From assembly GCA_009602735.1 (NCBI GenBank), contig WELA01001035.1:88751-138397 (forward strand): DNA of 49,647 bases, in the 5' to 3' direction. Of the stretch, positions 44,001 to 49,647 are shown in pieces (the stretch's first letter is position 1; the number at the start of each line of letters is the position of its first letter). Source of the stretch: Mesotaenium endlicherianum (taxonomy: Eukaryota). A program made the position numbers and the translations under genes. The notes beneath the pieces are model-generated. The model made no database searches. It was not told the DNA's origin and worked only from the letters and a program-made list of their open reading frames with translations.

Positions 44001-47000
44001 CGCAGGGCACCATGGACCCCAAAATCTACAAGCACTTTGTGCTCCTCCACGACCTCTCGCAGGGCCCCGCTGACAGGTGTGCAGCGACAAACCCCCCCAA
44101 AACCCAGAACCCCTGCCTCCGGTGTTGCTCGCTGTCCCCGCGGACGTACCACCCAGGACATGCCATGGCCATGTGTTTGACCTTGTGGGCGGCTCTGGGC
44201 TTGGGGGCTTTCGGGAAGCTGTGTGCGATGCGAGAAAGTCACACTACTCCTGAATGTCTCCAGATCGTGCAGGCTGAGGCAGTGAGGGGACAATGGGACG
44301 GGGAAGAGCAGACAGAGTGGGTGGGATCAGGGAGGGGTGGGAGTAGGGTGACCCGAGTTGACTGCTTCTGACTGGTGAGTTGGAGAGCCTTGAGAGACGG
44401 CGGGAGGAGTCTTTGGGTGGGGGGCTAAGGAGGAGGAAGGTGACTACTCTTTGTCTCNTCAGCATCAACTCCAGAGATCCACTGCAGGAGGGGGTCAGGA
44501 GCGACATGTGGACGCGTCATAGGCTGCCCTCATTCACGCCCCCGCCGCCCACCCCCCCCAAGAGCTTGGTATGTAGAAGCACACCTCCACGCCCCCTCTA
44601 CTCGCCGCAACACCTCACGCCCCTTCCTCCTCCCTGCACTATCGATGCTCTTTGCCGCCACACATGATGAAAAAGAAGGAAGGACACGTTGTGTGGTCAT
44701 GCAGGCACCCGCTGCACTGCATAAACTGGCCCTGGCCTGCTCTTGTGCTCACAGTAGGCCTTTCTTCGTCCATTTCGTCAGAAGAGCGCAATGGGTGGCC
44801 TATCACTGCCCAGCCACTGAGCGCAAAAACGTCGCATTTGGCACTGGTTAGAAAGCGGATGCCTTTGGGCAGCTCCCTGGAGCGAGGGAGGGCCCCCAGC
44901 GTCAGACAAGAGTCCGGTCTGGCAGTGGGTGAGAGCGCGGCAGCTGGACTTCTCTGGGTGAGAGCAGCCGAGAGGCAGGCATGCAAATTGAGAGCGGAGC
45001 TGCTACCAGAAGGTACGCAGCTGCGGCGTAGCTGCTGATAAATCCAACGCCTGTCCTAACGACACCTGTGCTCCTCCGAGCGGGCGTGGGCGCACGCGTG
45101 GGGAAGGGGATGGGGGAGGGCAGATGGACGAGGACGTGGACGTCCAGGTGCCAGCTGGCCACCTCTTGAGCGACAGCGACATCAAGGAGGTGCTTCTTCC
45201 TTTCCCGCCCTTTTCACTCCCTGCTGACATTGTAGGGGGAAGAGCTGCAGGACCTGCATGACGTCATACCCCCAGGGTCCACGCGGTGAGCTACTGTGAC
45301 GGAATGACCATCGGGTTGACTCGGGCTAGACAGCATACCATCCACGAGTCCAGCAGAGGCGACAGGTGTCTCCGGGAGCAGCCCAGCACAGTTGACAGGC
45401 GTCGCCGAAAGCAGCCCCGCACACTTGACAGGTGTCGCAGAGAGCAGCCCAGTACGGGCAACAGGAGGTTGCACATATGCAGTGGCCTAGAAAAGGTGAC
45501 ATCTGTCGGACTGCTAGCAATTGCTAGTCGTGCTGGCAGGCTCTGGAGACCATCTGAAACCTTCTCTGATGGAAGGCGGGCGGGGGGGGGCAAGGGGCGG
45601 GAGCTCAGGTGGCTGACATGGTGAGCGAGGTGGCGCTGAAGCACGTCATTCCCCACATGGAGCACAAGATTCGTGAGTACAACCATCAGGTTTGTTGGTC
45701 CGCTCTCTCTCCCCCCTCCCCCCCCCCCCAACACCTGTGCGTCTCCTCTTGCTGCACTGCTAGGCGACGCTAGACTATGCATACATGCTGGTTGTAGTAG
45801 AGGCCTCCAGTGACGTTTCTGGTTTGCAAGCATCCAAGTGTTGGTCTTTGCAGCTCTCGTATGAACGGTGAGAGGGAGGAAAGGAGGAAGTGCATTTGAG
45901 AGGGGGCGAAGAGAGGGGGGTCGGGACAGGCTGGAGAGAGGGAGAGAGGACGGAGAGGGAGGGGGGAGGCCTTGAAAGAGTGTTCCTGCAAGTGGGGCCT
46001 GTAAGGGCACGCTGCCAGCTGCTGACCGTCGCAGCAGCAAGCCTGGAGGGGCTGGGGGGTTGCATCTGGCGACAAGCCTGCAAGGCTCTCCTCTTGCCGC
46101 GTGGATACTGGCTATGGTAGAGTCATTGGGCGTGGAGGAGATGGGCGCGTGCGTGCAGGTGTCGGCCAACAGGAAGGGGCTGCGCAACCAGATCAAGAAT
46201 CTGTGGTTCAAGAAGCCCAAGGAGGACGTGCCTGACACCCCTGCCGGCGTGTACGTGCCTGCTGTCCCAGCGTCCCTTCCCCTCCATCTTCTTGCGGCAC
46301 AGTTTGACGTGCTTTTGCTTATTGCTGGTGCACTGACTGCCCCAAGTTGCAGAGGCTGTGCTACGCATTCTAGAAATGCATCAAGAGGGTGAGAGATGTT
46401 ATTGAGTGCGATGGAGGAGATTATGCTTCTGGTTTGGTCCCTGTTGACCTCTTCTTTACTCGTGAATTCTTTATTTGAATCGAAGTCTATCTCGTCCATG
46501 GACTAGTAACAGAGACAGGCACAAAGAGGTACTCTTTTTGTTACTTGAGCATGGCCTCCTTCACGCTCACTTTTTACAGACTGATAGAAAGGCAGCCGCC
46601 TATTGGCCAAGAGCAGAGTGCTTGCTTTGCGGTCCTTGAACTTCCACACAGCTGTGTCCCGATGATGGTGTCATGAGGTATGTGAAGCTGAGGCTGAGGC
46701 TGAGGCTGCTGCACCTGCCAAAAAGCCTGGCCCTGCTTCGGAACAGGGCTTCTTTTCTTCTCTGTCCATTTCACCATCTGTCTGCTGCCGGCATCTCCTC
46801 CCGTAGTCTAGTCAAAAGTCGGTCGGTGAGTGGATTGTCACTCGTGTATGCCGGGGGGCTGGCCCAGAAGACTGCTTATGNGCTGAGACGGCAACAGCAC
46901 ACAGTCACCCACCCACACACACAGGCACACACACACAGACATGCACACACACGCATGCACACACACACCATTGCGCACATGCACACGCACGCACGCAGAC

Positions 47001-48806
47001 GCACGCACGCGCGTCACTCAGGTGGCTGATGCGGTGGTGGCAGGTACACGCACAAGTCCATGGAGTCGCAGATCCGCGTGCTGGCCGACTACGCGCTCAT
47101 GGTGCGCGACTACGAGCTGGCGCTGGCCAACTACCGCCTGCTGGCCGGCGACTACAAGAGCGACAAGGCGTGGAAGCACTATGCCGGCGCTCAGGTCGCC
47201 GTCCGACCCCTCCCCGCCCCTCCCCTCCCCTCTGCTCCTTGTGCCTCGCAGCAACCCACTTGTGCGCACCCCCACTCTCTCTCGTTCCCTCCTTGTCGAA
47301 AAACCCCTCCCTCCCCGCCCCTCCCCCCTGGCCCCCTCCTGAGCCCTCTAAGAGCTCCCCCCTGGCCGTCGCATACAGCTTCATCCAGTGCCTCCTCATG
47401 GCCCCCCTTCCATGCATTGGAACAGGCTCATTACCTCTCCCGCCCCTCCCCCCAAGTCCCCGCTGCTACTTGACTCTACAATCCACAGCGTGCTGGTCAC
47501 GGAGCGTGCACACAAAAGATGCGAGACTGTTCTGATACGAGCGAGGACAAGACAAGAAGCTGTATTCAGCTGCTGCAGCCCCTGGCCCTGGCATGAGTGA
47601 GCAAGCAAGCAACCACCCCACGCCTCTTGCAATCGCAGGTCCGGTGCTCACGTAGACCGCCCGCTGGGGTGCTTTACTCTTGCTGCAGCCTTGTTAGGAA
47701 GGCGCAGTCAGCTGGGATTTCTTGCCTGGAGTGAGTCTGTGCTCTCACTCTCGTCGACAGCGTGCATGCCCCTGGTGAGGTGGCAGATGCAGCTGAGTGG
47801 CAATTGCGTGCAGCGTATGTCTGTTAGTACATTGGTGGCCGTTGCTCCAAGTGCTTGCCAACGCCGCTGCTCGCCTGTCGTTGCGGGACGGAAAGGGCGA
47901 GCTCTGTAGATGCGCCGGCCGAAATACGGTGCGTGTGGAAGGCCGTTGAGATTGTGCCGACGGAAATGCAGAAGGCCGTTCAAATTGCCTGCTGAGGATG
48001 CTGCTGCTCGCCTGGTGTGGTGGGGAGAGCACAGGAGATGACGGGGGTGTGCCTGTACCTACTGGACCAGTCGCGGCGCGAGATGGAGTCCGCCATGGAG
48101 TCCGCCTACAGCTCCTACCAGGCAGGCGCACGAGGACGCCCCTCCCCCCCCCTCTCTCTACCTCCCTGGGACGCTTCATGCTTTCTCTTCCTGCCTTGCT
48201 CTTGCTCTTTCTCTTCACACAAAGGTTGGCGTGGAGCCGCCCGCGAACTCGCGTAAACGTCACGGGCGTGCCGGGAGGATGACTTCCTAGCTAGATTACT
48301 AGATGTCCATCGTTATGCTTGTATCCATCTTACTATCCTCTATTCTCTATGCTTGGCCAGTTCCTCGTATGTTTCTCGCTCGTCTTCTTGCTTCTCTCTT
48401 CTAGTGCTCCAGTCATGTCCCCCTCCAAAAATATGGGAAGAAGGTGGCTGAGCCTTTTCCGCCTTGTAGAGCCATGCACGAACGTGTGCGGCAGCCAACG
48501 CCCCATCGCCAACATCACCAACACCAAGCAGTGGCACCAGCACGTGGAGGTAGAGAGAGAGTGGCTTTGGGAGACAGCAGGCAGCCAGTGTTGGCACCCC
48601 CTCGCACACAGAAGGGGACAATAGGCCTTGTGACGGCGACTTGGCCCGAGCACTGAGAGTGCGGTGGTGATGGTGAGGGTGAGCAGAGGAGCGGGGCAGC
48701 GAACGCGCGGTATGCCACGCGGGCGGCGCTGTGGCTGGTGGAGATGTACAAGGGCCGCGGCCTCTTCCGGGAGGCCGCCCTCACTCTCATGCGCGCCTCT
48801 CTCGAG
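41006..48806 (+). CDS. TRAPPC8: TRAPP III subunit TRAPPC8/TRS85, 5' part (continues beyond the window)
   Basis: Exons 41006 (or 40961)-41174, 41590-41684, 42176-42275, 42496-42600, 43914-44076, ~44459-44568 (5' part probably lost at a single-N join), 45124-45189, 45609-45689, 46159-46250, 47044-47194, 48035-48121 and 48687-48806. Motifs VPVRTASDQPYRL, FSDHETLDHPVAC, KHVIPHMEHKIR, RKGLRNQIKNLW and ESQIRVLADYA..RDYELAL..Y....DYK.DKAWK.YAG.QEM. Confidence 0.92.
45346..45465 (+). repeat. 33-bp minisatellite (about 3.6 copies) in a TRAPPC8 intron
   Basis: Units such as CAGCCCAGCACAGTTGACAGGCGTCGCCGAAAG and CAGCCCCGCACACTTGACAGGTGTCGCAGAGAG. Confidence 0.85.
46895..47015 (+). repeat. (CA)n/(CACG)n microsatellite in a TRAPPC8 intron
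   Basis: Visible run. Confidence 0.85.
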
Positions 48807-49647
48807 GTTCTGCAGCTGCTGCTCCTGCCTGCTCCTCCTCCTCCTGCTGCTGCTGCTGTCATGCGCAGGGGGCGCAGATCAGATGAGGAGCCCTTCATGT
48901 GCCTCACTCTCTCTCTCTCTCCCCCTCTCTCTCTCCGTCTCACCCACTCGCGTGCCTCGGGTAGAACTGCCGCCTTCTTCTGCAGTCTCATACAGAGTGC
49001 AGACGCGTACATGCCAAGTGGGCCCCTCTCAGATCTCACCCTCCTACGAGCCTCTCTGTGAGGTTGCACTCCTATCTCCTCCCCCTCCTGCTGCAGCTGC
49101 TGTCCCTGCTGCTGCTGCGCGTGCAGCGTGCAGTTGGCGGCGCGTGTAGGGAGCCCTTGTGCAGGCCAGCCCTCCCTCCTGCCTTGGGCCTGCTCTTTCC
49201 CTACCGCAGAATGAAGGCTCGCGGGGCCGGGCCAAGGACCCGCCCTTGACTCCAAGAGCGGCAGCCCGTGTCGCGTACCTGTGCTGTTCTGCGTGCCTGC
49301 CCTGGCTTGTGCTCCCCTACTCTGTGCCTGCTGGTGCACGTGTCTGCAGCAGCAGCACCAAGAGCTTCAACTTCAGCTTGCGCTACATAGCTATAGATCT
49401 CTTTGAGAGGAAGAGTCCATGGCGGCCTGCTTGCCGGCTGACTCTCGTACCATGCACACACCCCATCCTTGCCTCATCATTGGTGCCGAGGCGTGACTTT
49501 GTTCGCCGGCTGCTGCCCCGCTGCCTGGGCAGCTGTGCTGTAAGCGTCCTCTGCTTCCCTTCTGTCCTCTCCCGCCTTAGTCAGGTTGGTATTGACGGCT
49601 GCTTTGCAAGGGTCAAATGGTGGTGTTGGTGGTTTGTTGGGGGGGGG

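Noticed and set aside
45291..46499. 402-aa minus-strand ORF
   Set aside because: Antisense to two TRAPPC8 exons and GC-rich low-complexity introns, with no domain signature.
1..49647. tRNA, rRNA or snRNA genes
   Set aside because: No cloverleaf or rRNA signature recognised by eye. An Infernal/tRNAscan run would be needed to exclude intronic snoRNAs.

Overview
Eukaryotic draft-assembly DNA with N gaps at 2798-2955, 9618-9627 and 42637-43496. It comes from a green plant lineage, most likely a streptophyte alga (inferred from land-plant-type proteins combined with GC-rich, microsatellite-rich introns). In order: the 3' part of an uncharacterised multi-exon gene (+); an intronless F-box/LRR-like pseudogene (-) split by a full-length Ty3/Gypsy chromovirus (LTRs, PBS, PPT, near-TSD, -1 frameshift signal) and by a poly(A)-tailed fragment of a second Gypsy integrase; a non-autonomous long-TIR (Mutator-like) element; AP-4 sigma (+); a THUMP-domain protein (-); plastid chaperonin 60 beta (+, 14 exons); a glutaredoxin-DEP-DUF547 protein (-); an unrecognised 8-TM membrane protein with an internal repeat (+); a FAM136A-like gene (-); and the 5' part of TRAPPC8/TRS85 (+). 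The most unusual signal is a recurring 'reversed' intron design: C-rich tracts follow the donor and G-rich tracts with no polypyrimidine tract precede the acceptor. This holds on both strands and suggests splicing assisted by RNA pairing. Three GC-AG introns also occur. All gene models were spliced by eye and family names come from motif recognition, not database searches.
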